This document shows, one piece after another, positions 8,039 to 18,228 of a stretch of 53,995 nt of DNA. The stretch covers positions 1 through 53,995 of the forward strand of contig WLOK01000003.1 of assembly GCA_009699315.1 (NCBI GenBank), read 5' to 3'. The notes beneath the pieces were generated by a model that worked only from the letters and a program-made list of their open reading frames with translations, had not been told where the DNA came from and made no database searches. The position numbers and the translations under genes were made by a program. How positions within the stretch are numbered: position 1 is the first letter of the stretch; every line of letters starts with the position of its first letter. This DNA comes from Actinomycetota bacterium. GTDB taxonomy: Bacteria > Actinomycetota > Actinomycetes > S36-B12.

Positions 8039-9826
8039 GTGGCACGCAACTACATCAACCTCGAGCATGTGCAAGTGGCCTTCTCGCACAAGGCCGTTCT
8101 TGACGACGTTTCCCTCGGGCTCAACGAAGCCGACCGCATCGGCATTGTCGGGCGAAATGGTGGAGGCAAGTCGACCCTGCTCCGCGTGCTCAGCGGGGCC
8201 TCGGTTGACTCCGGCCGCGTCACTCATGCTGGGGGATTGCGCGTAGGAATGCTCGCTCAGGTGGGCGATCCAGCGCCCGGAGTGACTATCCGTATGCGAG
8301 TTATCGGCGACCGACTCGATCACGAATGGGCAGCCGATGGCAAAACCCGCGATGTTCTTACGGGACTTCTTGGTGGGTTCGAAGATGCAGTGCTCGATCG
8401 CGAACTCACCAGCCTTTCCGGTGGAGAACTGCGACGTGTGGAGTTGGCTCACCTGCTCATTGATGGATGCGACGTACTCCTTCTCGACGAGCCCACAAAC
8501 CACCTTGACCTTGAGGCGGTTGCTTGGCTAGCCCGCCACCTCAAAGGGCTGCGCAACACGGCCCTAGCCGTGGTCACCCATGACCGCTGGTTCTTGGACG
8601 AAGTGACTGACCGCACCTGGGAAGTCATCCGCGGACAGATTGAGGAGTACGACGGCGGTTACTCGGCCTATGTTCTGGCGAAAGCAGAGCGCTCGCGGCA
8701 GGACGCAACGATGGAGGCACGACGAGCAAACCTCCTCCGCAAGGAACTCGCGTGGCTTCGTCGCGGTCCGCCCGCGAGGACCACTAAGCCGAAATTTCGT
8801 ATTGACGCAGCAAATACCTTGATCGCCACCGAACCTCCTGCACGCAACGACGTGGAGCTGGTCAATTTCGCTTCTGCCCGGCTGGGGCGCACTGTCATGG
8901 ATGCTCAAGACGTATCCGTGACGCTGGGGGAGCGTGAACTCATCCACCGACTTACCTGGAGCGTCGGTCCCGGCGATCGGGTCGGGATTCTCGGACCTAA
9001 CGGTGCGGGCAAGACCACTCTCATCCGCATGTTGCTCGGGGACCAACGCGTGGACTCTGGCAAGCTTGTGATCGGGAAGACCGTCAAGCCGGCCTATCTC
9101 TCGCAGCACCTAGATGAACTCAATCCCAATCTTCGAGTTCTTGAAGCAGTTCAGGAGATCGCTGAGTTCGTAGATCTGGGCAAGGGACGGGAGATGTCGG
9201 CCTCGACCTTGTGCGAGCGGCTCGGCTTCGATGCCGGGTCGCAGTGGACGCCTGTGGGCGACCTGTCGGGCGGTGAACGCCGACGTCTGCAGCTCACGCG
9301 ATTGCTCATGGCTGGGCCTAATGTCTTGATCCTCGACGAACCTACGAATGACTTCGACGTGGAGACTTTGGCCGCCCTAGAGGACCTTTTGGATGGATTT
9401 GCCGGGACGATTCTGATCGTGTCCCATGACCGGTATTTCATTGAGCGGGTGTGCGAGACCTATCGGGCCGTACTCGGGGATGGGGACGTCCGCGATCTAC
9501 CCGGTGGCGTCGATGAATACCTCGCCCTACGAAGTGCAGCGCTCTCTGGCGGACGTGGAACTCCCACCAAGGCCCAGGCGCCTGAAGAGTTCAAAGTTCC
9601 CGCGCTCTCCGCCGCGGAACGTCGAGAGGTTAATAAGCAGGTGGCTTCACTTGAGCGCAAGATGAATACCGCCCAGGAGAAGGTCGCAGCGATTCACCAA
9701 CTCATGCATGAACACGCCACGGATCATGATGCACTGCGGGCGGATGGTGCTGCGCTACGTAAGGCAGAAGCGAAGCTCGCCGAGATCGAGATGGAGTGGT
9801 ACGCCGCACTCGAATTGCTCAACTGA
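8039..9826 (+). CDS. ABC-F family ATPase (Uup-like)
   Basis: Two ABC domains (GRNGGGKS/LSGGE/LDEPTN and GPNGAGKT/LSGGE/LDEPTN), no TM segments, C-terminal coiled coil. Start reassigned to GTG 8039. Confidence 0.9.
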   Translation: MARNYINLEHVQVAFSHKAVLDDVSLGLNEADRIGIVGRNGGGKSTLLRVLSGASVDSGRVTHAGGLRVGMLAQVGDPAPGVTIRMRVIGDRLDHEWAADGKTRDVLTGLLGGFEDAVLDRELTSLSGGELRRVELAHLLIDGCDVLLLDEPTNHLDLEAVAWLARHLKGLRNTALAVVTHDRWFLDEVTDRTWEVIRGQIEEYDGGYSAYVLAKAERSRQDATMEARRANLLRKELAWLRRGPPARTTKPKFRIDAANTLIATEPPARNDVELVNFASARLGRTVMDAQDVSVTLGERELIHRLTWSVGPGDRVGILGPNGAGKTTLIRMLLGDQRVDSGKLVIGKTVKPAYLSQHLDELNPNLRVLEAVQEIAEFVDLGKGREMSASTLCERLGFDAGSQWTPVGDLSGGERRRLQLTRLLMAGPNVLILDEPTNDFDVETLAALEDLLDGFAGTILIVSHDRYFIERVCETYRAVLGDGDVRDLPGGVDEYLALRSAALSGGRGTPTKAQAPEEFKVPALSAAERREVNKQVASLERKMNTAQEKVAAIHQLMHEHATDHDALRADGAALRKAEAKLAEIEMEWYAALELLN

Positions 9827-9837
9827 TCTGCGTGGGT

Positions 9838-10344
9838 TCAGAAGTCGTCGGCACTGCGGCGGAGAATTTCGAGAACGCTGATTAGTTGGGTCGTTTCTCC
9901 GGCAGAAATCCCGACCGAAGTAAAGACATGCTCATTGAGGGCCTCGGTTGCAGACAACGCAATCGCTCTACCAGTCTCGGTGATCGTGGCGAGAACCTTG
10001 CGACGATCCTCTGCATCTGGTTCTCGACTGACGAAACCTTGACCCTCAAGTCGCTCCACCGCGCTGGTGACACTTGCCGGGTGCACCTGAAGCCTCGACC
10101 CCAAACGTGACATGGGCATCGAACCTCGGCTACTAAAGGTGAGAACCATCAAGATCTCGTAACGCGCGAAACTGAGGGCAAAAGGCTTGAGAGTGGCATC
10201 TATGCGCCCAAACAGAATCTGTTGCGCCCGCACAATCGACGTTACGGCCGCCATCCCGTCAGCAGCTGCCGCCCAATCATGGGCGACCCATTGCTTGTGG
10301 GCTTCGGCGATGGGATCGAAGGGGAGTTTGCCGGTCACGGTCAC
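9838..10344 (-). CDS. MarR-family transcriptional regulator
   Basis: wHTH features (LSFARYEIL, VHPASVTSAVERLE, DRRKVLATITETG). GTG start overlaps the icmF stop (GTGA). Confidence 0.88.
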   Translation of the reverse strand: MTVTGKLPFDPIAEAHKQWVAHDWAAAADGMAAVTSIVRAQQILFGRIDATLKPFALSFARYEILMVLTFSSRGSMPMSRLGSRLQVHPASVTSAVERLEGQGFVSREPDAEDRRKVLATITETGRAIALSATEALNEHVFTSVGISAGETTQLISVLEILRRSADDF

Positions 10345-13300
10345 ACTCCTCGACGGTACTTGCCGCCGACTTCGAAGAACGCCTCCGAGATTTGGCCGAG
10401 TGAACAATGCCGGACCGCATCCATCAGTACCTCGAACACGTTGCCTCCGGCACGCGCGGTTTCCTTAAGTCGCTGCAGTTGTCGCTGAGTTTCGAGCGGG
10501 TCCTGCCCCTGGAACCGAGCCAAGCGTGCCAGCTGGGATTCCTTCTCCTGCTCGGTGGCCCGAGCAAGCGCGATCGTTCCTTGCTCGTCTTCACCGGAGT
10601 GGGGATCAATAAAGGTGTTGACGCCGATGATCGGGAGTGATCCATCATGCTTGCGATGCTCATACAGCATCGACTCGTCTTGAATCCGGCCGCGTTGATA
10701 GCCCGTCTCCATGGCGCCGAGAACACCACCGCGCTCGGAGATGCGGTCGAACTCGGTCAGCACGGCTTCCTCAAGCGCGTCGGTGAGGTAGTCGACGATG
10801 TAGGAACCCTGCAGTGGATTCTCATTGCTGGAGAGACCCCACTCTTGGTCGATGATCATCTGGATAGCTAGAGCCCGGCGAACTGAAGCTGATGATGGCG
10901 TGGTGACGGCCTCGTCGTAGGCGTTGGTGTGCAGTGAATTCGCATTGTCATACAGCGCGCAGAGGGCTTGAAGCGTTGTGCGAATGTCGTTGAAGGCCAT
11001 CTCCTGCGCGTGCAAGGACCTGCCGGAGGTCTGAACGTGGTACTTCAGTCGCTGGGCGCGATCATCGGCGCCGTAGAGATCACGCATGGCGATGGCCCAG
11101 ATTCGGCGGGCCACGCGGCCAATCACGGTGTACTCCGGGTCCATGCCGTTGGAGAAGAAGAACGAAAAACTTGGTGCGAAATCGTTGACGTCCATACCTC
11201 GGGCCCGGTAGGCCTCTACGTAGGTGAACGCATTGGACAGAGTGAACGCCAACTGCGAAATGGGGTTCGCACCTGCTTCAGCGATGTGATAACCCGAAAT
11301 CGAAACCGAATAGAAGTTGCGGACACGGTTCGCAATGAACCACTCCTGCACATCTGACATGCACCGCAGGGCAAACTCCGTGGAGAAGATGCAGGTGTTT
11401 TGGCCCTGATCTTCCTTCAGGATGTCTGCCTGTACCGTGCCGCGAATTGTGGTGAAGACATGAGCGCGGATGTCCTGGGCCTCTTCGTCGCTAGGGGAGC
11501 GTCCCTCACGGGCAACGAAAAGATCCAGCTGTTGGTCGATGGCGGCATTGAGGTACATCGCGAGAATCGTCGGTGCGGGACCATTAATGGTCATCGACAC
11601 TGAGGTCTTTGGGTCACACAGATCAAATCCGGCGAATAGCCCGCGCATGTCGTCCAACGTCGCAATGCTGACACCGGAGGTGCCCACCTTGCCGTAGATG
11701 TCGGGGCGGAGGTCTGGATCGCGCCCGTAGAGCGTGACGGAGTCGAATGCAGTCGAAAGTCTTGTGGCGGGCTGACCTTCAGCGAGCAAATGGAATCGTC
11801 GATTAGTGCGGTCACAGTCACCTTCACCCGCGAACATACGAGCGGGCGCCTCGCCATCGCGCTTGAGCGGGAAAACGCCGGCAGTGAATGGGAAGCGGCC
11901 GGGGAGATTCTCTTTGCCAAAGTAGCGGACCAAATCGGCGTGAGAATCCGTCTGTGGCAGCGAGACTCGGGGGATCGCAGTCCCAGATAGAGAAGTCCGC
12001 TGCAAGGGTGCGCGGAGTTCACGGTCTCGTACTGTCGTCACAAGTTCGGCTGCCTCATACTCAGCCCGGACAGCAGGCCACGCAGTGAGTTGCTCGGCGT
12101 ATTCAGCGGCGAGACTGCCGCGGAGCGCATGTGCCTTAGAGGTGGCGTCTGTGGCGGCATCGAGTCCGAGTTCGTGAGCTGCCGACTCCAGATGTTGTAT
12201 GCGCGCAGCAATCGATGCTTGTTGCTCGGTCTGGGCGTGATGCCCGCGTACGGCCGTGGAAATCTCCGAGAGATAGCGCTCACGTGCCGGCGGAACAATT
12301 GTGCGGAGGTTGCTGGATGCCTTGGCACTGCCGGCCGGCCACGGCTGATCCGGCGATCGCATGCCACGCTCTACCAGCAGATCACGGAGACACACGTACA
12401 AGGCGGTGAGCCCATCGTCATTGAATCGCGCGGCAGACGTGCCAAAAACTGGCATGTCCTCCCAGGTGCTCGTGAATGCATGACGATTGCGTACCAACTG
12501 TCGCCCTACATCGCGTCGAGCATCTTCTGCCCCTCGGCGTTCGTACTTATTGATAGCAACGACGTCTGCGTAATCGAGCATGTCAATCTTCTCGAGTTGA
12601 GATGCGGCACCGTATTCGGGCGTCATGACATACAGCGATGCATTGACGAAGGGAATGATGCCTGCACTACCTTGACCAATGCCAGGAGTTTCGACGATTA
12701 CGAGGTCATAGCCAGCGGCCCGACAGGCTTCGACAATCTTCGCAAGATTGTGCGGGATTTCTGATTCAGAGTCACGAGTTGCCAATGACCTGAAGTAAAT
12801 CGAATCGAAGTCGACAGAGTTCATGCGGATCCGGTCACCCAGAAGTGCCCCGCCTACTCGGCGTCGAGTGGGGTCGATCGCGATCACGGCGACGCGCAGC
12901 TTGCCCTCGTATTCCTGGCGGATTCGAAGCAGCAGTTCATCGGTCAAACTGGATTTACCTGAACCCCCTGTGCCAGTGATGCCCAGCACCGGGGCAACCG
13001 AATGTGCTGCCGCTGACGCCATACCGGAAAGGACGTCGCTGCTGGCTTGATCGTTTTCCAACATGGTGATCGTCCGGGCAAGTGCAGGGACATCGCCAGA
13101 GATCAAGGCCTCAAGGTGGGCGGGCTTCGCACCGAGATCTGCGCGTGCGGCGCTGATCATCTCGGCGATCATGCCGTCTAGACCTAGACGCTGGCCGTCC
13201 TCGGGGGAGAAGATGCGAATGCCGCGCTGCGCGAGTAGCGAGATCTCCTCAGGCACAATGACGCCACCGCCACCGCCAAAGATCTTGATGTGACTCGCGC

Positions 13301-13562
13301 CCTGCTCTGCCAGTTGGTCCGCGAGGTAGGTGAAGTACTCGACGTGCCCACCCTGATAGGAAGACACCGCGACGGCGTGCGCGTCCTCGCTAATCGCGGC
13401 GCGAACAATCTGTTCGACACTGCGGTCGTGACCGAGGTGGATGACCTCCGCGCCTTGCGCCTGCAAGATCCGGCGCATGATGTTGACGGCCGCATCGTGG
13501 CCATCAAACAGGCTCGCGGCAGTGACAAATCGGACCGGGGACGCCCCCGCGCTGATACCCAT
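10341..13562 (-). CDS. icmF: Fused isobutyryl-CoA mutase/GTPase chaperone
   Basis: N-terminal B12-binding DGHD motif, MeaB-like GTPase (GTGGSGKS, ETPG, NKYE), mutase barrel (RMFAGEG, RLSTAFD, GTVQADILKEDQ, YHVQTSGRSL). Start at ATG 13562, 6 nt after TATTAT. Confidence 0.93.
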   Translation of the reverse strand: MGISAGASPVRFVTAASLFDGHDAAVNIMRRILQAQGAEVIHLGHDRSVEQIVRAAISEDAHAVAVSSYQGGHVEYFTYLADQLAEQGASHIKIFGGGGGVIVPEEISLLAQRGIRIFSPEDGQRLGLDGMIAEMISAARADLGAKPAHLEALISGDVPALARTITMLENDQASSDVLSGMASAAAHSVAPVLGITGTGGSGKSSLTDELLLRIRQEYEGKLRVAVIAIDPTRRRVGGALLGDRIRMNSVDFDSIYFRSLATRDSESEIPHNLAKIVEACRAAGYDLVIVETPGIGQGSAGIIPFVNASLYVMTPEYGAASQLEKIDMLDYADVVAINKYERRGAEDARRDVGRQLVRNRHAFTSTWEDMPVFGTSAARFNDDGLTALYVCLRDLLVERGMRSPDQPWPAGSAKASSNLRTIVPPARERYLSEISTAVRGHHAQTEQQASIAARIQHLESAAHELGLDAATDATSKAHALRGSLAAEYAEQLTAWPAVRAEYEAAELVTTVRDRELRAPLQRTSLSGTAIPRVSLPQTDSHADLVRYFGKENLPGRFPFTAGVFPLKRDGEAPARMFAGEGDCDRTNRRFHLLAEGQPATRLSTAFDSVTLYGRDPDLRPDIYGKVGTSGVSIATLDDMRGLFAGFDLCDPKTSVSMTINGPAPTILAMYLNAAIDQQLDLFVAREGRSPSDEEAQDIRAHVFTTIRGTVQADILKEDQGQNTCIFSTEFALRCMSDVQEWFIANRVRNFYSVSISGYHIAEAGANPISQLAFTLSNAFTYVEAYRARGMDVNDFAPSFSFFFSNGMDPEYTVIGRVARRIWAIAMRDLYGADDRAQRLKYHVQTSGRSLHAQEMAFNDIRTTLQALCALYDNANSLHTNAYDEAVTTPSSASVRRALAIQMIIDQEWGLSSNENPLQGSYIVDYLTDALEEAVLTEFDRISERGGVLGAMETGYQRGRIQDESMLYEHRKHDGSLPIIGVNTFIDPHSGEDEQGTIALARATEQEKESQLARLARFQGQDPLETQRQLQRLKETARAGGNVFEVLMDAVRHCSLGQISEAFFEVGGKYRRGV

Positions 13563-13568
13563 GACCAC

Positions 13569-13607
13569 ATAATACCGTGGACATCAAACTATTTGACTTC
13601 TTATTAA
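13569..13607 (-). promoter_or_regulatory. Leaderless icmF promoter with a possible MarR operator
   Basis: -10 TATTAT at 13569-13574. AT-rich patch with inverted repeat TCAAA-cta-TTTGA at 13584-13596. Confidence 0.45.
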
Positions 13608-13636
13608 TGCCTTTTCCACCTTGGCGATCCTCTGGG

Positions 13637-13709
13637 TGGGCGATACAGGAATCGAACCTGTGACCTCTTCCATGTCAAGGAAGCGCGCTAACCCCTGCGC
13701 CAATCGCCC
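13637..13709 (-). tRNA. tRNA-Val(GAC)
   Basis: GGGCGAT acceptor stem, CTTCC-TTGACAT-GGAAG anticodon arm, GGTTCGATTCC T-arm. No encoded CCA. Confidence 0.95.
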
Positions 13710-13838
13710 ATGCCGCTCATCGCAGCCCCCCAAGAGTACACGGGCACGACGCGATGCAATCGTGGGCGTCAGGGAGCCCGACTGGGGACCTGCACGCGGT
13801 TAGGGTGGGCCGAAGCGGCATCGGACGAGAGGGATTGC

Positions 13839-15965
13839 GTGGCCACGGCTGTTGCGGGAAATTCGGTAGAGCCGATGGTTCAGGTTGGTCATGGTTTCCG
13901 CCCCGATATCGAGGGCATGCGTGCCCTGACGCTTGCAATCATCATCCTGTACCACGCGAGGGCGCCATTCGTCTCTGGTGGATTTATCAGCGTGGACGTG
14001 TTTTTCATGCTCTCTGGATTCCTGATTACTGGGCTCGTTGTTCGCGAAATCCGAAAGACCGGTCGCGTCGCCCTCGGCCAGTTCTGGGGCCGCCGTGCAA
14101 GACGATTGCTCCCGGCCGCTGGGCTTGTGCTCCTGGTCACGGGCATTGCCAGCTTCTTCATCTTGCCTTCAGTCGAGCACAAGGATGCAGGGCTAGATAT
14201 CAGCGCCGCGGCGGTCTACGTGGCCAATCTGTTGTTCATCAGGACTAGCACCGACTATTTCGCTGCCACCCAGATCCCAAGTCCGGTCTTGCACTTTTGG
14301 ACTCTGGGCGTGGAGGAACAGTTCTATCTCGTCTGGCCATTGCTCCTATTTGCGATCGCGTTCTTCTTGTATCGCCGGGCAACGAAGCGCGGTCGCGAGC
14401 ACACCAACGCGCTCATCATCCCTGTCACGTTGGTCGTGATGGGTGTTGTTTTCGTGCTGTCCTTCATTCTCAACGTGTGGCTGACCAACGTGTCAGAGCC
14501 GGTCGCGTTCTTCCTGATGCCCACGCGCGCCTGGGAATTTGCGGCGGGAGCCATGGTCGGGGTGGGCGTCGTACAAATCGCGCGCATCCCGCAGTGGTTG
14601 CGCAGCACGATGGGCTGGGTCGGCCTCGCCTTTTTGCTCTGGGGAGTTCTCTTCCTGAAGAAGACCATGCCGTTCCCCGGCTGGACAGCCATGATCCCGG
14701 TCATCGCGACCGTGCTGATGTTGATCGCCGGCACAGGTGGCATCGGTTGGGGCCCAGGTGTGTTGTTCCGGCTGCGACCCATGCAAGCGATGGGCCGCAT
14801 GTCCTATTCGTGGTACCTCTGGCACTGGCCGGTGCTGATTCTCGGCAGCGTCGCGTTAGATATCGCCTGGACCTCCGACAACTGGCTCAAGCTCATCTGG
14901 TTGCCGCTGCTGGCCTTTATCCCTGCCTACCTGGCCTATCGCTACGTCGAGACTCCACTGCGCATGGTGCCGGCCATTGCTAAGTCGACGAAGGTGTCGC
15001 TACTGGTCGGACTCGTCGCATCGTTGGTGGGACTCGTTGGGGGCCTATTCATCTACTTCATGCCAGTGCACGTGAAGGTCAACGTGGATATTCCGCAAGG
15101 GCAGTTGGTGCCCGGCGCCATCCAGCCTGTGCCCGGTCCTGCAGGGCGGCTCACCCCGTCCATCGAGCAGGTGCGCAACGACCGGCCGCCTTCGTACGGA
15201 AAGTGTCATCTACCGGTCCCCGAGACCGATATCCCTCAGTGCATTTTCGGTGATCCCAACGGTTCGATCACGGTGGCGTTATGGGGTGACTCCCATGCTG
15301 GTCAGTGGATCTCTGCGCTCGATCTGATTGGAAAAGAGAACGGCTGGAAGGTCGTGTCCTACACGAAGACCGGCTGTCCCGCGCCGAACGTGACTCCGTA
15401 TCTCACCTCGTATAAGCGCGGATACACGGAGTGCGATATTTGGCGCGAGAACGTCCTGGCTGACATGCGAGATAGCTCGAAGCCGGACGCTGTCATCGTC
15501 GACTCGATCAAGCCGCCGTCGGTCATGGATTCGAATGGTCAGGTGGTGTCGGGTGATCTGGAGACTCCACTGTGGGATCAGGGTTGGCGTGATGCGGCGA
15601 CGGCCGTGACTTCGATGGGTGCGCGATTTATCGTCATCCATGACACGCCATCGCTCCTGACTGACCCCGTCCTTTGTGTAGACCGGAACGCTGACAACCC
15701 AGCTGTGTGCGACGAACCTGCCGATCAGGTCGTTCCGCCGCTGAGCGTCGATGTTGACGTGGTCAAGGGGATGCCCGGTGTGGACACGGTCGACTTCAAC
15801 GGCGGCATTTGCTACGTCGGCACGTGCCCGATGGTGCGCGCCAATCTCATGGTCTTCCGCGATCAGGATCACCTGACGGCTACCTATGCCAACGCTTTGG
15901 CTCCCGGGATGTCCTTGAGCTTGGTGCCGATAGTGGTCGCAGCTGCGGAGAACACAGCTCCCTAG
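13839..15965 (+). CDS. Acyltransferase-3 + SGNH fusion O-acyltransferase (OafA/OatA-like)
   Basis: RPDIEGMRA, VDVFFMLSGFLI, HFWTLGVEEQFY, multiple TM helices, then GDSHA and DQDH SGNH catalytic motifs. Start uncertain (13839 or 13875). Confidence 0.88.
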   Translation: MATAVAGNSVEPMVQVGHGFRPDIEGMRALTLAIIILYHARAPFVSGGFISVDVFFMLSGFLITGLVVREIRKTGRVALGQFWGRRARRLLPAAGLVLLVTGIASFFILPSVEHKDAGLDISAAAVYVANLLFIRTSTDYFAATQIPSPVLHFWTLGVEEQFYLVWPLLLFAIAFFLYRRATKRGREHTNALIIPVTLVVMGVVFVLSFILNVWLTNVSEPVAFFLMPTRAWEFAAGAMVGVGVVQIARIPQWLRSTMGWVGLAFLLWGVLFLKKTMPFPGWTAMIPVIATVLMLIAGTGGIGWGPGVLFRLRPMQAMGRMSYSWYLWHWPVLILGSVALDIAWTSDNWLKLIWLPLLAFIPAYLAYRYVETPLRMVPAIAKSTKVSLLVGLVASLVGLVGGLFIYFMPVHVKVNVDIPQGQLVPGAIQPVPGPAGRLTPSIEQVRNDRPPSYGKCHLPVPETDIPQCIFGDPNGSITVALWGDSHAGQWISALDLIGKENGWKVVSYTKTGCPAPNVTPYLTSYKRGYTECDIWRENVLADMRDSSKPDAVIVDSIKPPSVMDSNGQVVSGDLETPLWDQGWRDAATAVTSMGARFIVIHDTPSLLTDPVLCVDRNADNPAVCDEPADQVVPPLSVDVDVVKGMPGVDTVDFNGGICYVGTCPMVRANLMVFRDQDHLTATYANALAPGMSLSLVPIVVAAAENTAP

Positions 15966-15978
15966 GAACCCAAAAGAG

Positions 15979-16049
15979 AGGTGGAGACGGGATTTGAACC
16001 CGTGTACACGGCTTTGCAGGCCGTTGCCTCGCCTCTCGGCCACTCCACC
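15979..16049 (-). tRNA. tRNA-Cys(GCA)
   Basis: GGTGGAG acceptor stem, ACGGC-CTGCAAA-GCCGT anticodon arm, GGTTCAAATCC T-arm. Confidence 0.95.
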
Positions 16050-16083
16050 AGGCGGTAGACCGCCAAGAAACAGCGATCCTGCG

Positions 16084-16156
16084 AGCGGACGACGGGACTC
16101 GAACCCGCGACCCTCACCTTGGCAAGGTGATGCGCTACCAACTGCGCTACGTCCGC
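16084..16156 (-). tRNA. tRNA-Gly(GCC)
   Basis: GCGGACG acceptor stem, TCACC-TTGCCAA-GGTGA anticodon arm, GGTTCGAGTCC T-arm. Confidence 0.95.
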
Positions 16157-16232
16157 ATGACGGTCAGACCGTCAAGGAGGGACTTTAGCCGAAGCAGGCA
16201 CTGGTCACCAATGCGGGGGCAGGACCGGCAGA

Positions 16233-17258
16233 ATGCGTAACGTGCAGGCAGCCGCGCGTTTAGGAGGTCTCGTCGCCTCAGGCTTGAGCGACGTCACTTC
16301 GGATCTGGCCGCCTTGGACTCAGCGGGGCGATGGGCGGTCGTGATCCCCTACAGGGGCGTCCCTGTTCTCGCTCGATTTGAGCATTGGGTGCCGGCATCA
16401 GCGGCATCGGTCGGCGGAGTCTGGACCGGATCTCAACCTTCGGCGTGGAAATCCTCAGAGAATGAAGAGTCCTATATATCTGCAGTGCAACGCGTGCGCG
16501 CGCTCATTGAGTCTGGCGATGTCTATCAGGCAAATGTCTGCCGAGTTCTCTCTGCACAGCTTTCTGATCTGAGCGCGTGCGATGTGGGCGGCCTTCATGC
16601 ATTACTCGACGCAGGCAACCCGTCTCCATACGGCGGGTTTGTGCGCGTTCCTGGTGCGCACGTTGCCACCGCATCGCCAGAGCTGTTCCTGAGGCGTACT
16701 GGCCGGCATATCGAATCTGGGCCGATCAAGGGCACCGGTCGCGTTGAAGCAGACCTGACACAGAAGGATCGCGCGGAGAACATCATGATCGTTGACCTCG
16801 TGCGCAACGATCTCTCAGCAATTTGCGAAACCGGCTCAGTCAATGTGCCGGAACTACTCAGGGTGGAAAAACATCCCGGACTCGTTCACCTTGTGTCTCG
16901 CGTGTCGGGGGAGTTGCGCAATACCGCAACGTGGCCGAAAATCCTCGCCAGCACCTTTCCACCCGGCTCGGTCACCGGCGCCCCCAAATCGAGTGCTCTG
17001 CGCATTATCGACGAGGTCGAAAGCGTCTCGCGTGATGTCTACTGCGGTGCTATCGGTTGGGTGGACGCGGACACCGGAGAAGCGGAGTTGGCCGTTGCCA
17101 TCAGAACCTTCTGGGTGGAGGGGGATCAAGTGCACTTTGGCACCGGAGCCGGGATCACGTGGGGCTCAGATCCCACTCGCGAATGGCAAGAAACGCAACT
17201 CAAAGCAGCGCATCTGATCGACGTAGCCAGCGGCGTATGGCAAGGTGCCATCTCATGA
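16233..17258 (+). CDS. Chorismate-binding enzyme (PabB/TrpE-like, aminodeoxychorismate synthase component I type)
   Basis: GDVYQANV, SPELFL, PIKGT, AENIMIVDLVRNDL, PPGSVTGAPK, GAGIT. Start may be GTG 16242. Confidence 0.88.
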   Translation: MRNVQAAARLGGLVASGLSDVTSDLAALDSAGRWAVVIPYRGVPVLARFEHWVPASAASVGGVWTGSQPSAWKSSENEESYISAVQRVRALIESGDVYQANVCRVLSAQLSDLSACDVGGLHALLDAGNPSPYGGFVRVPGAHVATASPELFLRRTGRHIESGPIKGTGRVEADLTQKDRAENIMIVDLVRNDLSAICETGSVNVPELLRVEKHPGLVHLVSRVSGELRNTATWPKILASTFPPGSVTGAPKSSALRIIDEVESVSRDVYCGAIGWVDADTGEAELAVAIRTFWVEGDQVHFGTGAGITWGSDPTREWQETQLKAAHLIDVASGVWQGAIS

Positions 17259-18088
17259 GTCTGGTCTGGATGGGGTCCTACGACGGCGGCACACTCATGC
17301 CTGCCGAAGAGGCTCGAGTCTCGCCATTCGATCACGGGTTCACGGTTGCTGATGGTGTCTTCGAGACCCTGAAGGTGGTCAACGGACGACCGTTTGCGCT
17401 GACACGTCATTTGGCTCGACTTGGCACCTCGTCTGCTGGACTTGGCCTCCCGCATCCCAACCACGGAATCATTCGCGAGGCAGTTGACGCGGTGCTCTCA
17501 TCGAGTGATCGAGTGCCACTAGCGCGTCTCCGGATCACAGTGACCGGAGGAGACGGTCCGCTCGGCAGTGATCGCGGGACGGCTCCAGCGACAGTGTTCG
17601 TCGCAGCTTCGCCAATTTCACCGTGGCCAGCTACGACAACCGTGATCACTGTGCCTTGGCCCCGCAATGAGCGGAGTGCACTAGCTGGGGTGAAGTCAAC
17701 GTCGTACGCAGAAAATGTGCACGCCCTCGCGCACGCGCATGGCCTCGGGGCTTCTGAGGCGATCTTTGGCAACACCGTGGGTCAACTCTGTGAAGGAACC
17801 GGCACAAACATTTTCGTCGTGATTGATGGTGAGGTAATCACGCCAACGCTGAGCAGTGGTTGCCTTCCCGGCATCACTCGGGCGCTGATTTGCGAGTGGG
17901 CTGACGTGCGCGAAGCCGATCTGCCGCTGGAGGTGCTCTCCACAGCGGATGAGATCTTCCTGGCCTCCTCGACGCGCGATGTGCACCCGGTGACTCGGGT
18001 AGATGATCGAACACTTCCGAGTGGGCGCATCACGGAAAGAGTCGCCAGCACATTCGCTAGGGAGTCAACGGCCAACATCGACCCGTGA
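17255..18088 (+). CDS. Class IV aminotransferase (PabC/IlvE-like)
   Basis: DGVFETL, HLARL, KSTSY (PLP Lys), EGTGTNIF, LPGITR. ATGA coupling with the upstream gene. Confidence 0.88.
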   Translation: MSLVWMGSYDGGTLMPAEEARVSPFDHGFTVADGVFETLKVVNGRPFALTRHLARLGTSSAGLGLPHPNHGIIREAVDAVLSSSDRVPLARLRITVTGGDGPLGSDRGTAPATVFVAASPISPWPATTTVITVPWPRNERSALAGVKSTSYAENVHALAHAHGLGASEAIFGNTVGQLCEGTGTNIFVVIDGEVITPTLSSGCLPGITRALICEWADVREADLPLEVLSTADEIFLASSTRDVHPVTRVDDRTLPSGRITERVASTFARESTANIDP

Positions 18089-18116
18089 AATGGGCTGGTA
18101 GTCTTGGGCACCTGAC

Positions 18117-18188
<72 letters not shown>

Positions 18189-18228
18189 CCGTCTAGCCTA
18201 GAACTCCGAGTTGGTTAAGGAGTCTTCA

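Noticed and set aside
13563-13636. Cobalamin riboswitch upstream of icmF
   Set aside because: The gap is too short and has no B12-box. The gene appears leaderless.
13621-13803. Short ORFs overlapping tRNA genes (also 15994-16188 and the start of 15279-16043)
   Set aside because: They are translations of tRNA sequence.
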